NCBI GenBank assembly: GCA_035516595.1
Contig: DATJAE010000273.1
Coordinates: 5,015 to 69,014, forward strand
Direction: 5' to 3'
DNA from: Kofleriaceae bacterium
GTDB lineage: Bacteria; Myxococcota_A; Polyangia; Haliangiales; Haliangiaceae
Length of the DNA: 64,000 bases
Both the position numbers and the translations under genes were made by a program. Below are positions 32,849 to 41,617 of the stretch, in pieces. How positions within the stretch are numbered: position 1 is the first letter of the stretch; each line of letters begins with the position of its first letter. The notes beneath the pieces were generated by a model that did no database searches, was not told the origin of the DNA, and saw only the letters and a list, made by a program, of their open reading frames with translations.

Positions 32849-32852
32849 TTGC

Positions 32853-33032
32853 ATGGGTAGCGTGCGGTTTGTCGCGCTGTCGCTCCTCGTCGGCGGCTGC
32901 GGGGACAACGCCGGGGCGGCGCTCGACGCCGGGCCCGACCGACCGGTCGACGTGGCGGTCGCACGCGACGGCACGCTGCTCGTCACCAGCGATGCCTCCG
33001 GCGTCATCATCGCGATCTCGCAGACGAGGTGA
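32853..33032 (+). CDS. very small putative lipoprotein
   Basis: 59 aa, MGSVRFVALSLLVGGCGDN... (lipobox). Its stop overlaps the next gene's GTG start (GTGA). Short ORF, weak support. Confidence 0.35.
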   Translation: MGSVRFVALSLLVGGCGDNAGAALDAGPDRPVDVAVARDGTLLVTSDASGVIIAISQTR

Positions 33033-33886
33033 CCCGGGTGCGCTGGCTCGTCCTCATCGCTGCGACCGCCTGCCGGATCGGCGACGTCGATCTGACCGGC
33101 AAGCAGTGCCCGTGCCCCGGCGGCTGGTCGTGTCAGGTCGCGACCGGAACGTGCGTGCGCGGCGGCGCCGCCGGCGACGCGCCTGCCCCGAGCGACGCGC
33201 TCGTCGACGCCCCCGGCGAGGGGCCGGCGGGCTATCGCGACGTCGTGCTCGCCGATCAGCCGATCGCGTACTGGCGGCTGGGCGACACCGACGGCACGGC
33301 GCGCGACGAGCTCGGCCACTACGACGGGACGTACAGCGGCGCGTGCATGCACGGCGTGGCGGGGATCGACGGCAACGGCGCGCTCGGCCTCGACGGCCGG
33401 ACCTGCGAGGTCGTGTTGCCCGACGCGCTCGAGTTCCCGAACACCGAGCCGTACGCGGTCGAGGCGTGGATCGAGGAGCCGGGACCTGTCACCGCGTTCC
33501 GCGTCGTGTTCTCCAAGGAGTCGCGCAACATGGGGCCGGTCGACGGCTACGCGCTGGTCGACTCGAGCACCGGCGCGTACTTCGAGCGCGCGATCCTCCC
33601 CAGCGCGCCGACCACCGCGCACGAGATGCACGCGTTCGGCAGCTACGTCCACCTGGTGGGCGTCTACGACGGCGCGAGCTTCGTGATGTACGTCGATGGC
33701 CAGCCCGGCCAGGCGGTCGCCGACGCGCGTGCGATGCCCACCTACAGCGCCGACGCGCTGATCGGCGCCGACCTCGACGGCGACTTCTTCACCGGCTCGC
33801 TCGACGAGGTCGCGATCTACGACCACGTGCTCGCCGCCGACCGGATCGCGCTGCACTACGCGATCGGCTCGGGCAGCCACGACTGA
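33029..33886 (+). CDS. LamG / concanavalin-A-like lectin domain lipoprotein
   Basis: 285-aa ORF with the lipobox LIAATAC and a Cys-rich linker. The Laminin_G_3-like pattern includes WRLGDTDGT, GNGALGLDG, WHLVGVYDG-like YVHLVGVYDG and GSLDEVAIYDHVL. Confidence 0.8.
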   Translation: MTRVRWLVLIAATACRIGDVDLTGKQCPCPGGWSCQVATGTCVRGGAAGDAPAPSDALVDAPGEGPAGYRDVVLADQPIAYWRLGDTDGTARDELGHYDGTYSGACMHGVAGIDGNGALGLDGRTCEVVLPDALEFPNTEPYAVEAWIEEPGPVTAFRVVFSKESRNMGPVDGYALVDSSTGAYFERAILPSAPTTAHEMHAFGSYVHLVGVYDGASFVMYVDGQPGQAVADARAMPTYSADALIGADLDGDFFTGSLDEVAIYDHVLAADRIALHYAIGSGSHD

Positions 33887-33982
33887 CGTCCGGGATCCGG
33901 ACGTCGCGAGAAGCTGCCGTCGCGCCACGCTGGCGCCCACGCGCTCTAGCGATCTCGTCGCACGGCGGCGCTATCGAGAATC

Positions 33983-34981
33983 ATGCACCAGCTTCGCCGA
34001 TGGGGGCCGATCGCGGTGGGCGCGATCGTGCTCGCGCTCCTGCTCGAGGATCTGGGATGGCTCGCGATCCGCGACGCGGCCTGCGCGATCGGGCCGTGGC
34101 TCGCCGCGATCGCGGTGATCGACGTGTGCGGCCTGTGCTGCGATGCCGGCGCGATCGCGAGCTTCGCGCGGCCGGCGCGGCTGAGCCTGCGCGGCGCGCT
34201 CGCCGCTCAGGCCACCGGCTACGCGATCAACCAGCTCACCCCGGGGAGCTCGCTCGGCGAGCCGGTCAAGGTGGCGATCGCGGCGGGCGAGGTGCCGCGC
34301 GACGCCGCGATCTCGGCGGTCGTGCTGTACAACGTCGCGACCGTCGCGGTCGGGGTCGCCGCGATCGCGATCGGCGCGCCGATCGCGCTGTGCGCGATCG
34401 ACCTGCCGGGCTCGCTGGCGCTCGCGGCGTGGCTCGCACTCGCGACGCTGGTGGCCGCGGTGATCGCGGCGATCGCGCTGGTCCGGCGCGGCCCGCTCGG
34501 CGCGGCGATCGGCGGCATGCGGCGCGTCCGCGCGATCTCGGCCGAGCGTGCGGCGCGCTGGCGGGCACGTACCGCGGCGATCGACGCGCGGCTGCGCACG
34601 TTCGGCGACGCGCGGTCGCGGCGCGGGCTCGCGTTCGCGATCGCGTCGCGGCTGTTGCACTGGGCCGGTACGCTGATCGTGCTGCGCGCGATCGCGACGC
34701 CGGTCGCGCCGGCGTTCGCGATCGGGGTGCTCGCGCTCGGCGTCGCGATCGGCTGGGCCTCGGCGATCATGCCGTTCGGGCTCGGCATCGCGGACACCGG
34801 GCAGTGCACGCTGTTCGCGCTGCTCGGCGGCTCGGCCGAGGCGGGGCTCGCGTTCGCGATGGTCGATCGCGCGCGCAGCTGCCTGCTCGCGCTGATCGCG
34901 GCCGCGATCGGCAGCCTGGCGAGCGCGGCGCGGCGCGCGCAGCGGTCAGTACGGCTGCGGCGTGTAGCCGGCCTGGCGTAG
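33983..34981 (+). CDS. multi-pass membrane protein, UPF0104 / lysyl-phosphatidylglycerol-synthase TM-region (flippase-like) family
   Basis: 332-aa ORF with about 8 predicted TM helices. The N-terminal layout is typical of UPF0104. The assignment is by overall look only. Confidence 0.7.
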   Translation: MHQLRRWGPIAVGAIVLALLLEDLGWLAIRDAACAIGPWLAAIAVIDVCGLCCDAGAIASFARPARLSLRGALAAQATGYAINQLTPGSSLGEPVKVAIAAGEVPRDAAISAVVLYNVATVAVGVAAIAIGAPIALCAIDLPGSLALAAWLALATLVAAVIAAIALVRRGPLGAAIGGMRRVRAISAERAARWRARTAAIDARLRTFGDARSRRGLAFAIASRLLHWAGTLIVLRAIATPVAPAFAIGVLALGVAIGWASAIMPFGLGIADTGQCTLFALLGGSAEAGLAFAMVDRARSCLLALIAAAIGSLASAARRAQRSVRLRRVAGLA

Positions 34982-35096
34982 CTCCGCGATGTCGACCAGG
35001 TGCGCGATACCGAGGTCGAACTGGTGGTTCGCGATCTGCTGGATGCCACGCGAGGAACACGTGGCCGCTGATGAACAACCTCGCCGGGCGCAGCCC

Positions 35097-35882
35097 CTAC
35101 TTGACCTGCCAGATGTCGTGAAGCTCGGGGCCGCCGAACGGCGCGGGTACGACGCCCTCGGACGCGAACACGTACAGCGCCGCGCGATAGATCGCCTCGA
35201 GCGCGCCGACCACGCCGACGAACCCGGCGACCAGCGCGAGCACCGCGAGCAGCGCCCAGCCCGACTCGCCGAGCAGCTCGATGATCGCGAGCGCGATCAG
35301 CACGAGCACGACCGACAGGTGCGCCGTGATCACGCGCAGCCCGACCTCCGACAGCGCGGTCTCGCCCCAGGTCTTGCGGAACAGATCGCCCGAGCGCCGC
35401 AGGCTCGGGATGCCGCCGCGCCGCTCCTGGACCATCACCGGGATCGCGAGGTAGGTGGCGAGCGACCATGCCGTGCCGATCACCGCACGCGCGACCCGCA
35501 GCGCGCCGCGCGACGACCGGCCGAGCACGGCGAGCACGAGCCCGACGGTCGCCGACACCAGGCCGAGGCTCAGGATCGCGGTGGGCCGCGACGCCGCGGC
35601 GAGCACGCCCTCGCTGATGTTCGGCGTGCCGCCGCGCAGCGCCTTGAGCGCCTCCGCGGTCAGCCCGACCCGCCAGAACAGGTGGACCAGCTGCGCGGCC
35701 AAGCCGAGCACGAACAGCGCGAGCCAGGTCGGCTCGCCGCGCAGCACGATCGGCCCGAGCAGCAGCACGACCGCGATCGTCGAGACCAGCGAGAACACGG
35801 GGAACCACATCAGGATCGGGTGCGCGCGCAGGACGCGCCAGCTCGCCTTGGTCAGCAGGGCGATCGCTTGCAGTACGGTCAT
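35097..35882 (-). CDS. multi-pass membrane protein (DUF6159-like)
   Basis: The ATG at 35882 overlaps the GntR stop (ATGA). About 261 aa with 5-6 TM helices. The upstream part of the tracked ORF is a different gene's frame. Confidence 0.75.
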   Translation of the reverse strand: MTVLQAIALLTKASWRVLRAHPILMWFPVFSLVSTIAVVLLLGPIVLRGEPTWLALFVLGLAAQLVHLFWRVGLTAEALKALRGGTPNISEGVLAAASRPTAILSLGLVSATVGLVLAVLGRSSRGALRVARAVIGTAWSLATYLAIPVMVQERRGGIPSLRRSGDLFRKTWGETALSEVGLRVITAHLSVVLVLIALAIIELLGESGWALLAVLALVAGFVGVVGALEAIYRAALYVFASEGVVPAPFGGPELHDIWQVK

Positions 35883-36250
35883 GGCTTCACCTTGCGAAAG
35901 TAACGCAGGAGCTCGGCGGCCCCCAGGCCGTGGCGCGCCGCCTCGGCGACCGCCTGATCGTAGATCGCGCGCAGCGCGCGCTCCTTGTCGGCGGGCGAGG
36001 CCTCGCGCTCGGACGAGGCGAACGTGCCGCGGCCGCGCTGCGCCACGATGTAGCCGTCGGCGTCGAGATCGCGGTAGGCGCGCGCCACCGTGTTCGGGTT
36101 GATCGCCAGGCGATCGGCGAGCTCGTGGATGGTCGGCAGCTGCTCGTCGCGCGCGAGCGCGCCCGACGCGAGCGCGGCGATCACCGCCTCGTAGATCTGG
36201 CGATAGACCGGCACGCCGCGGTCGTAGTCGATGTGAAGCGCGAGCGGCAC
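35879..36250 (-). CDS. GntR-family (YtrA-type, short) transcriptional regulator
   Basis: 123-aa ORF with the winged HTH PVYRQIYEAVIAALASGALARDEQLPTIHELADRLAINPNTVARAYRDLDADGYIVAQRGRGTF and a short C-terminal helix pair. Confidence 0.9.
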   Translation of the reverse strand: MPLALHIDYDRGVPVYRQIYEAVIAALASGALARDEQLPTIHELADRLAINPNTVARAYRDLDADGYIVAQRGRGTFASSEREASPADKERALRAIYDQAVAEAARHGLGAAELLRYFRKVKP

Positions 36251-36257
36251 GAGTCAT

Positions 36258-36281
36258 AGTTTACTAGCGAACTAGTAAACT
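36258..36281. promoter_or_regulatory. AT-rich perfect inverted repeat, candidate GntR/YtrA operator
   Basis: AGTTTACTAG-cgaa-CTAGTAAACT, with 10-bp arms that are exact reverse complements. It lies 8 nt upstream of the GntR start and 7 nt downstream of the ABM-gene stop. Confidence 0.6.
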
Positions 36282-36287
36282 GCAAGC

Positions 36288-36863
36288 TCACAGCTGCGGG
36301 TACAGCCAGAACTTGAACAGCCGGGTCACGCGCGGCATCACGACCCAGGTCATCAGCGCGATCAGCAGCACGCTCACCGGCAGGCCGCGCAGCGCGGTCG
36401 GCAGCGGCGCGACCCACGGCGCGAACGCGAGCCCCAGCGCCAGCGACAGCGGATAGATCGCGAGCAGGGTGACCGCGGCCATCTTGTAGCGCGGCGGCGG
36501 CGGCAGGTTCGGCGCGGTCGGCAGGGTGAACCAGCGCTCGAGCCCGGTCAGCACGGTCTCCTTGAACTCGTCGAGCACGAGCGGCCTGACCTGCTCGAGC
36601 CAGCGCGCGCGCTCCGGCGACTCGGTCCACGCGCGGAGGTGCGGATAGCTGTCGAACTTGAACACCACGACGTACTCGGGGTGCTCGTGATCGCCCGGCC
36701 GGATGATCTTGCGGCCGATCAGGCCCGGGTAGCGCGCCGCGGCCTGACCGATGCCGTCGAGCCAGAGCTCGAACTCGGGCTCGCGGCCCGGCCGGACGCG
36801 CCGCGTGGTCACGATCGTGACGCTGTCGTCCTGTGCGCTCGCGGGTGTCGCCATCGCGCGCAT
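36288..36863 (-). CDS. antibiotic-biosynthesis-monooxygenase (ABM)-like domain protein with C-terminal TM helices
   Basis: 191-aa ORF with an ABM-like ferredoxin fold (VTIVTTRRVRPGREPEFELWL...VVFKFDSYPHLRAW). Two TM helices follow. Confidence 0.8.
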   Translation of the reverse strand: MRAMATPASAQDDSVTIVTTRRVRPGREPEFELWLDGIGQAAARYPGLIGRKIIRPGDHEHPEYVVVFKFDSYPHLRAWTESPERARWLEQVRPLVLDEFKETVLTGLERWFTLPTAPNLPPPPRYKMAAVTLLAIYPLSLALGLAFAPWVAPLPTALRGLPVSVLLIALMTWVVMPRVTRLFKFWLYPQL

Positions 36864-36895
36864 GGTAGCTCGGGCGCGTAGTAGGCTCGCGCGCC

Positions 36896-38401
36896 ATGGC
36901 CGACAAGAAGCCGATCGCGATTCCGTACCAGACGCTGGTCGGCCTGCTCGGCAAGCAGCCGACCGATCCCGCGGTCGCGAAGGTGATCGCCAAGGCCGGC
37001 AAGGTGTCGGTGAACAAGGACTTCATCGTCGCCAAGGACGCCGGCTTCGACTTCTCGGTCGGCCAGCCCGAGAACGCCAAGCGCAACGATCCGCGCGTGC
37101 TGCAGACGCTGTTCCTGTTCGACGAGGGCGTCGACAAGCACCGCGGCTATCGCGATCTGCCGGCGGGCTTTCGCTGGGGCACGCGCGCCGAGCTGCTCGC
37201 CGGCGTGCCCGCGCCGCGCCAGAGCTGGAAGCTCGGCAAGGGCAAGGTGCCGGTGCACTCGAGCGACGTCCTGCACGACACCTGGACGATCGACGGGCTC
37301 GACGTCTGCGTGTCGTATCGCGGCGGCACGGCGATCCGGCACTACAACATCTCGCTGCCCGACGAGGCGACCGGCGGCCGGGACTTCTCGACTCATCCGT
37401 TGCACTTCGCGACCCGGCCGGTCGACGCGCCGCCCGGCGCCGAGCTCGTGGGCATGGCGCTGCTCGTCGCCTGGGCCGCCGATCGTTTCGGCCTGCCGGC
37501 CAAGCACGCCGGCTCGCCGCTCGGCAAGCGCGCGATCTCGCCGCGCACGTTCCTCGTGCAGGCGTGCGGCTCGCGCCTGTCCTCGCTCGATCTCGCGCCC
37601 GAGCTCGGCGACTTCGTCCACGAGTACCTGCACCACGTGGTCGACGACGACGGCGCGCGCGCGGCGGCCGACAAGCAGATCGCCAGGCTGCTGGGTCTGG
37701 CGGATCCCGAGCGGCGCTCCTACAACGACGACTACCTCGCCACGTTCGCGGGCGTGCTCGACAGCCCGTTTCACGTGCCGGATAGCTGGGCCGCGGTCGA
37801 TCGCATCGCGCCGGTGATCGACGCGCGGCTCGCCGACTTCCAGGCGACCGGCTTCGCCAGCGCACCCGACGTCGCGCTCTACGAGAAGGCGGCCGTGCTG
37901 CGCGACAAGGTCGCGATCGAGCCCGAGCGCGCTGGCGTGGCCGCGCCGAAGGCCGACGACGCGCTCGCCGACGATCTGGTGGCGCTGATCGGCAAGTCGC
38001 TCAAGGATCCCGAGGTCAAGGCCGTGCTCGCGCGCGCCGGGCTGCCGGTCGGCAAGCGGATCGACCAGCAGGCCAACCCCGCGCTCGGCGTCGCGTACAT
38101 GGGCGCGAAGCTCGAGATCGCCGGCAAGCCCCAGCTCGGGGTCGACGCGGTGTGGTTCTACGCGGCCAAGCAGCGCTCGTACATCCGCGGGATCGGCGCG
38201 ACGGTCGAGTTCGCCGGCTTTCCCGGCAAGCTGCCGCGCGGGCTGGTGCTCGGCGAGCCGCGCGCCGCGGTCGCGAACAAGCTCGGCAAGCCGAGCTCGA
38301 CGTACGAGGCCACCGACTCCTGGCGGTCCAAGGGCATCCAGCTGTCCTGCGGGTTCGCCAGCGGCAAGCTGGTCGAGCTGCGGATCGGCCGGAAAGACTA
38401 G
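36896..38401 (+). CDS. hypothetical cytoplasmic protein with a duplicated terminal module
   Basis: 501-aa ORF with good codon bias. The N-terminal LLGKQPTDPAVAKVIAKAG... and C-terminal LIGKSLKDPEVKAVLARAG... modules resemble each other. Confidence 0.75.
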   Translation: MADKKPIAIPYQTLVGLLGKQPTDPAVAKVIAKAGKVSVNKDFIVAKDAGFDFSVGQPENAKRNDPRVLQTLFLFDEGVDKHRGYRDLPAGFRWGTRAELLAGVPAPRQSWKLGKGKVPVHSSDVLHDTWTIDGLDVCVSYRGGTAIRHYNISLPDEATGGRDFSTHPLHFATRPVDAPPGAELVGMALLVAWAADRFGLPAKHAGSPLGKRAISPRTFLVQACGSRLSSLDLAPELGDFVHEYLHHVVDDDGARAAADKQIARLLGLADPERRSYNDDYLATFAGVLDSPFHVPDSWAAVDRIAPVIDARLADFQATGFASAPDVALYEKAAVLRDKVAIEPERAGVAAPKADDALADDLVALIGKSLKDPEVKAVLARAGLPVGKRIDQQANPALGVAYMGAKLEIAGKPQLGVDAVWFYAAKQRSYIRGIGATVEFAGFPGKLPRGLVLGEPRAAVANKLGKPSSTYEATDSWRSKGIQLSCGFASGKLVELRIGRKD

Positions 38402-38877
38402 CGGCCCGCCGCGGCGCGCTCCATCGTCGCGAGATCGAGCTTGCCCATCTTCATGACCGCCTCCATCACGCGCTTGGCGCGCGCGGGATCGTCCTTGCCG
38501 ATCAGCTCGGCGATGTTCTTCGGGTTGACCTGCCAGGACACCCCGAACCTGTCCTTCAGCCAGCCGCATGGCCCGGGCTCGCCGCCGCCCGCGGTCAGCG
38601 CACTCCAGTAGTGATCGATCTCGGCCTGGCTGTCGCACTGCACCACCAGTGACACGCCGTCGGTGAACTGGAAGTGCGGCCCGCCGTTGAGCAGGACGTA
38701 GGTCTGCCCGAACAGCTCGAGCTCGACGATCATCACCGCGCCCGGCCGCGGCGCGATCGAGATCTCGGGATACGGCACGGTGCTCTTGATCCGCGCGCCC
38801 GGGAAGATCGAGCAGTAGAACTTCGCGGCCTCGTCCGCGCGGTCCTTGAAGGTCAGAAACGTGATGATGTTCGCCAT
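38398..38877 (-). CDS. VOC/glyoxalase-superfamily protein (PhnB / 3-demethylubiquinone-9 3-methyltransferase-domain type)
   Basis: 159-aa ORF with characteristic blocks ITFLTFKDRADEAAKFY and GPCGWLKDRFGVSWQV. Confidence 0.88.
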   Translation of the reverse strand: MANIITFLTFKDRADEAAKFYCSIFPGARIKSTVPYPEISIAPRPGAVMIVELELFGQTYVLLNGGPHFQFTDGVSLVVQCDSQAEIDHYWSALTAGGGEPGPCGWLKDRFGVSWQVNPKNIAELIGKDDPARAKRVMEAVMKMGKLDLATMERAAAGR

Positions 38878-38959
38878 GACGTGCTCCTTTGTTGCAACGA
38901 CGTTCGAGCAAGCTGCGTTCCGACACCAGCCGGGTGGTTTCTCGAGCGCATCGAGGTGC

Positions 38960-39799
38960 CTAGCGCCTGGGCTTGGCGTCGAGGAACGGCACGATCGCCG
39001 CGATCAGCAGCGGCGACGTCAGGATGTCGTAGTGCGTGCAGTCGGGCAAGATCGCGAGCCGGTTCTTCGCGACGTGCTCGCGCATCCAGCCGGCGTCGCG
39101 CTGGCCGCCGCCGAGCAGCCGGTAGAACTCGACGACGTGGTCGAGCTTGTACGTGTCGCTGTCGCCGAACACGAGCAGGGTGTGTGCCGCGAGCTTGGCG
39201 ACATCGCCGCGCCAGTCGAACGGGCTGCGAATGAGCGCGCCGAGCCGATCGAGCAGCCTCGGGAAGTCCTCGGGGTGCGGTGCGATCCGCGCGTAGCTCT
39301 GGTACAGCGGCGACGGTTTCATCATCTCGGCGAGGCCGGCGCCGACCCGGGCCTGCGCCTCGGCGACCTCGGGATAGAACGCGTCCTGCGACGGGCACGC
39401 CGAGACCAGCACCAGCCTGCGCACCGAGCGCGGGTGCTGGAGCGCGAGCCGGAGCGCGACGCCGGCGCCGAGCGAGTAGCCCATCGCATCGACCTCGCGA
39501 TGACCGAGCCTGTCGAGGATCACCGCCAGGTCGTCGCCCATGTCGACAAAGCTCATCTCGCGCGTGCCCAGAGCCGTGCGGCCGTGGCCGTGCAGGTCGA
39601 CCGCGATCACCTGGCGGTGCGCGGCGAGCGCCGGCAACACCGGGCCTAGCATCTCGATCGAGCCGAGCCCGCCGTGGAGCAGCAGCAGCGGCGCTCCCTC
39701 GCCGTGGATCTCGCAGTAGTAGTCGAGGCCGTTCACGGGGACGTGGCTGGGCTCCATGCTGCAAGGACGATCGCACGGCGCCCGTCCCGACATCGTCAA
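38960..39799 (-). CDS. alpha/beta hydrolase
   Basis: 279-aa ORF with HGGLGS (oxyanion region), the nucleophile elbow GYSLGA, and a distal D and H (CTHYD). Confidence 0.88.
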   Translation of the reverse strand: MTMSGRAPCDRPCSMEPSHVPVNGLDYYCEIHGEGAPLLLLHGGLGSIEMLGPVLPALAAHRQVIAVDLHGHGRTALGTREMSFVDMGDDLAVILDRLGHREVDAMGYSLGAGVALRLALQHPRSVRRLVLVSACPSQDAFYPEVAEAQARVGAGLAEMMKPSPLYQSYARIAPHPEDFPRLLDRLGALIRSPFDWRGDVAKLAAHTLLVFGDSDTYKLDHVVEFYRLLGGGQRDAGWMREHVAKNRLAILPDCTHYDILTSPLLIAAIVPFLDAKPRR

Positions 39800-39811
39800 C
39801 TGCCCGGGATC

Positions 39812-40279
39812 TCAGCGCACGACGAACGGAACCACGCTCCGGAGCTTCAGGTCGCGGCGCTCGGAGGCGACGTCGTCGTCCACCGTGATCAGGTACTTGG
39901 TGGCGACGTGGTCGATGTTGCTCATCTTCGAGTTCACGAACACGAACGCCGAGTAGCTGCTCGTGCTGTCGGCGCAGCCGTCGCGGTCGTGGAAGGTCTG
40001 CACCCAGTCGCCGAGCACGACCTCGGCGAACGTCGGATCCTTGACGAACCTGGCCCGCGCTTCGGCGAGCGTGCGCGCCAGCCTGGACTTGGGGTCGGCG
40101 CGCATCGCCGCGATGAACTGATCGAAGCCGGCCTGGTCGGCGTTCGCGCCGTTGCTGCAGCGATCGGCGTACATGATCTCGCCGGCGTCGTGGCCGGCCA
40201 TGACCAGCTCGCCGAGCTTGGGGCCGGCGTGCGCGGAGGCGGTGAGCAGCACGAGGGTGACGAGCGGGCGAGGCGACAT
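39812..40279 (-). CDS. secreted hypothetical protein
   Basis: 155-aa ORF with the signal peptide MSPRPLVTLVLLTASAHA and normal codon bias. Confidence 0.7.
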   Translation of the reverse strand: MSPRPLVTLVLLTASAHAGPKLGELVMAGHDAGEIMYADRCSNGANADQAGFDQFIAAMRADPKSRLARTLAEARARFVKDPTFAEVVLGDWVQTFHDRDGCADSTSSYSAFVFVNSKMSNIDHVATKYLITVDDDVASERRDLKLRSVVPFVVR

Positions 40280-40337
40280 GGCGATCGAACGCGGGGGCCC
40301 GGTCGGTCATTCCCGTCGCACATCGACCGATGTCGAT

Positions 40338-40366
40338 TTGACAGATATCGAATCGTCAGCTATGAC
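40338..40366 (+). promoter_or_regulatory. sigma-70-like promoter (TTGACA-N17-TATGAC) for the ArsR-family gene, possibly leaderless
   Basis: A perfect -35 hexamer lies at 40338-40343 and a TATGAC -10 at 40361-40366 after a 17-nt spacer. The ATG at 40373 sits where the transcription start would fall. A 6-4-6 inverted repeat ATCGAC-cgat-GTCGAT lies at 40322-40337. Confidence 0.45.
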
Positions 40367-40372
40367 ATCGCC

Positions 40373-40978
40373 ATGACCGGCGAACCCGATGCGATGGCGT
40401 CCCTGGTCCGGCTGTTCAAGGGCCTCGCCGATCCGACCCGGCTGCGCATGATCGCGGCGATCGTCGATCGCGCGCGCTGCGGCCAGGACCTCGCGGCCGA
40501 GGTCGGCGTCTCGCCGGCGACCGTGTCGCATCACCTGCGCGTGCTGGCGGACGCGGGGCTCGTGGTCGAGACCCGCCAGCCGCCGTACTCGTTCTTCCAG
40601 CTCGACCTCGAGGGCCTGCGCGCGGCGGTCAAGGCGGTGTCTTCGCCCAAGCGCGTGCGCGAGCTCGCCACCGCGGCGCCGGTCGACGACGACACGCGCG
40701 ACGTGCTGCGCGCATTCTTCGACGGCCCGCGGCTGCGCGCGCTGCCGGCGCAGCGCCGCAAGAAGGAGATCGTGCTCGAGGAGGTGCTGCGCCGCCTGCC
40801 GCGCCGCCGCGAGTATCGCGAGCGCGAGCTCGACCGCTTCATCGAGGCGGTGTTCGCCGACTACTGCACGATCCGCCGCGAGTGGATCATGGGCCGCTAC
40901 ATGGAGCGCGCGCACGGCATCTACCGGCTGACCGATCGCGGCCGGGCGGCGGTCGATCACGGAAGGGGCGGCACGTAG
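40373..40978 (+). CDS. ArsR-family HTH regulator fused to a DUF2087-like C-terminal domain
   Basis: The ArsR block reads LFKGLADPTRLRMIAAIVDRARCGQDLAAEVGVSPATVSHHLRVLADAGLV. The C-terminal RKKEIVLEEVLRRLPRRREYRERELDRFI... is typical of DUF2087. Confidence 0.85.
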   Translation: MTGEPDAMASLVRLFKGLADPTRLRMIAAIVDRARCGQDLAAEVGVSPATVSHHLRVLADAGLVVETRQPPYSFFQLDLEGLRAAVKAVSSPKRVRELATAAPVDDDTRDVLRAFFDGPRLRALPAQRRKKEIVLEEVLRRLPRRREYRERELDRFIEAVFADYCTIRREWIMGRYMERAHGIYRLTDRGRAAVDHGRGGT

Positions 40979-41093
40979 TAGCCACAGAGTAGCGCGGCGT
41001 CGCGGCGCCTCGCGCTCGGGCGAGGCACGAGGCAGATCGCGGCAAACTGCGCGCCGCGCCCGACGATCGGGCCGGCTTCGGGCACCGCGCGGC

Positions 41094-41579
41094 ATGCCGC
41101 CCACCGACCATCGCCTGCGCGTCGCGATCGCGGTCGCGTGCGCCGCGTTCATCGCGGTGTTACTCGGCAGCGCCTATCTCGAGCACGACATCATCGTGCT
41201 GCACGCGTTTCAGGCGCTGATCTACGTCGCGACCGCCGGGCTGTGCTGGCGTCGGCACAAGCTCGGCTACGCGATCGGCCTCACGATCGCGGTGGTGTGG
41301 AACGCCTATAACCTGTTCGTCTCCGGCTTCATCCAGGCCGGCTTCCACGAGCTCCACCGCATCGCCGCCGGCGAGCGCGTGACCAGCGCGATGAACCTGA
41401 TCGGCGGGCTGGGCGGGATCGATCACTTCGCGCTGATCGCGCTGCTGATCTGGGCGTACGCGCGTCACCCCGACCGGCGCCCGCGCGACGCGTGGCTGGT
41501 GCCGGCGAGCGCGGCGCTCGTGGTCGGCTACTTTCTCGCGATCCTCGCGGTGTTCTGGCCGGAGTTCTTCCGCCGCTGA
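41094..41579 (+). CDS. hypothetical integral membrane protein
   Basis: 161-aa ORF with 4-5 hydrophobic helices and no recognisable motif. Confidence 0.7.
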   Translation: MPPTDHRLRVAIAVACAAFIAVLLGSAYLEHDIIVLHAFQALIYVATAGLCWRRHKLGYAIGLTIAVVWNAYNLFVSGFIQAGFHELHRIAAGERVTSAMNLIGGLGGIDHFALIALLIWAYARHPDRRPRDAWLVPASAALVVGYFLAILAVFWPEFFRR

Positions 41580-41617
41580 CCCGTGAACGATCCGGCGCGC
41601 TCCGGGCACCACGGTGC

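Noticed and set aside
32691-32852. N-terminal extension (MVQVGRAVRRRDITTTT...) of the small lipoprotein ORF
   Set aside because: The composition is Arg-rich and it overlaps the rhombosortase reading frame. A lipoprotein signal peptide starts at the internal ATG 32853.
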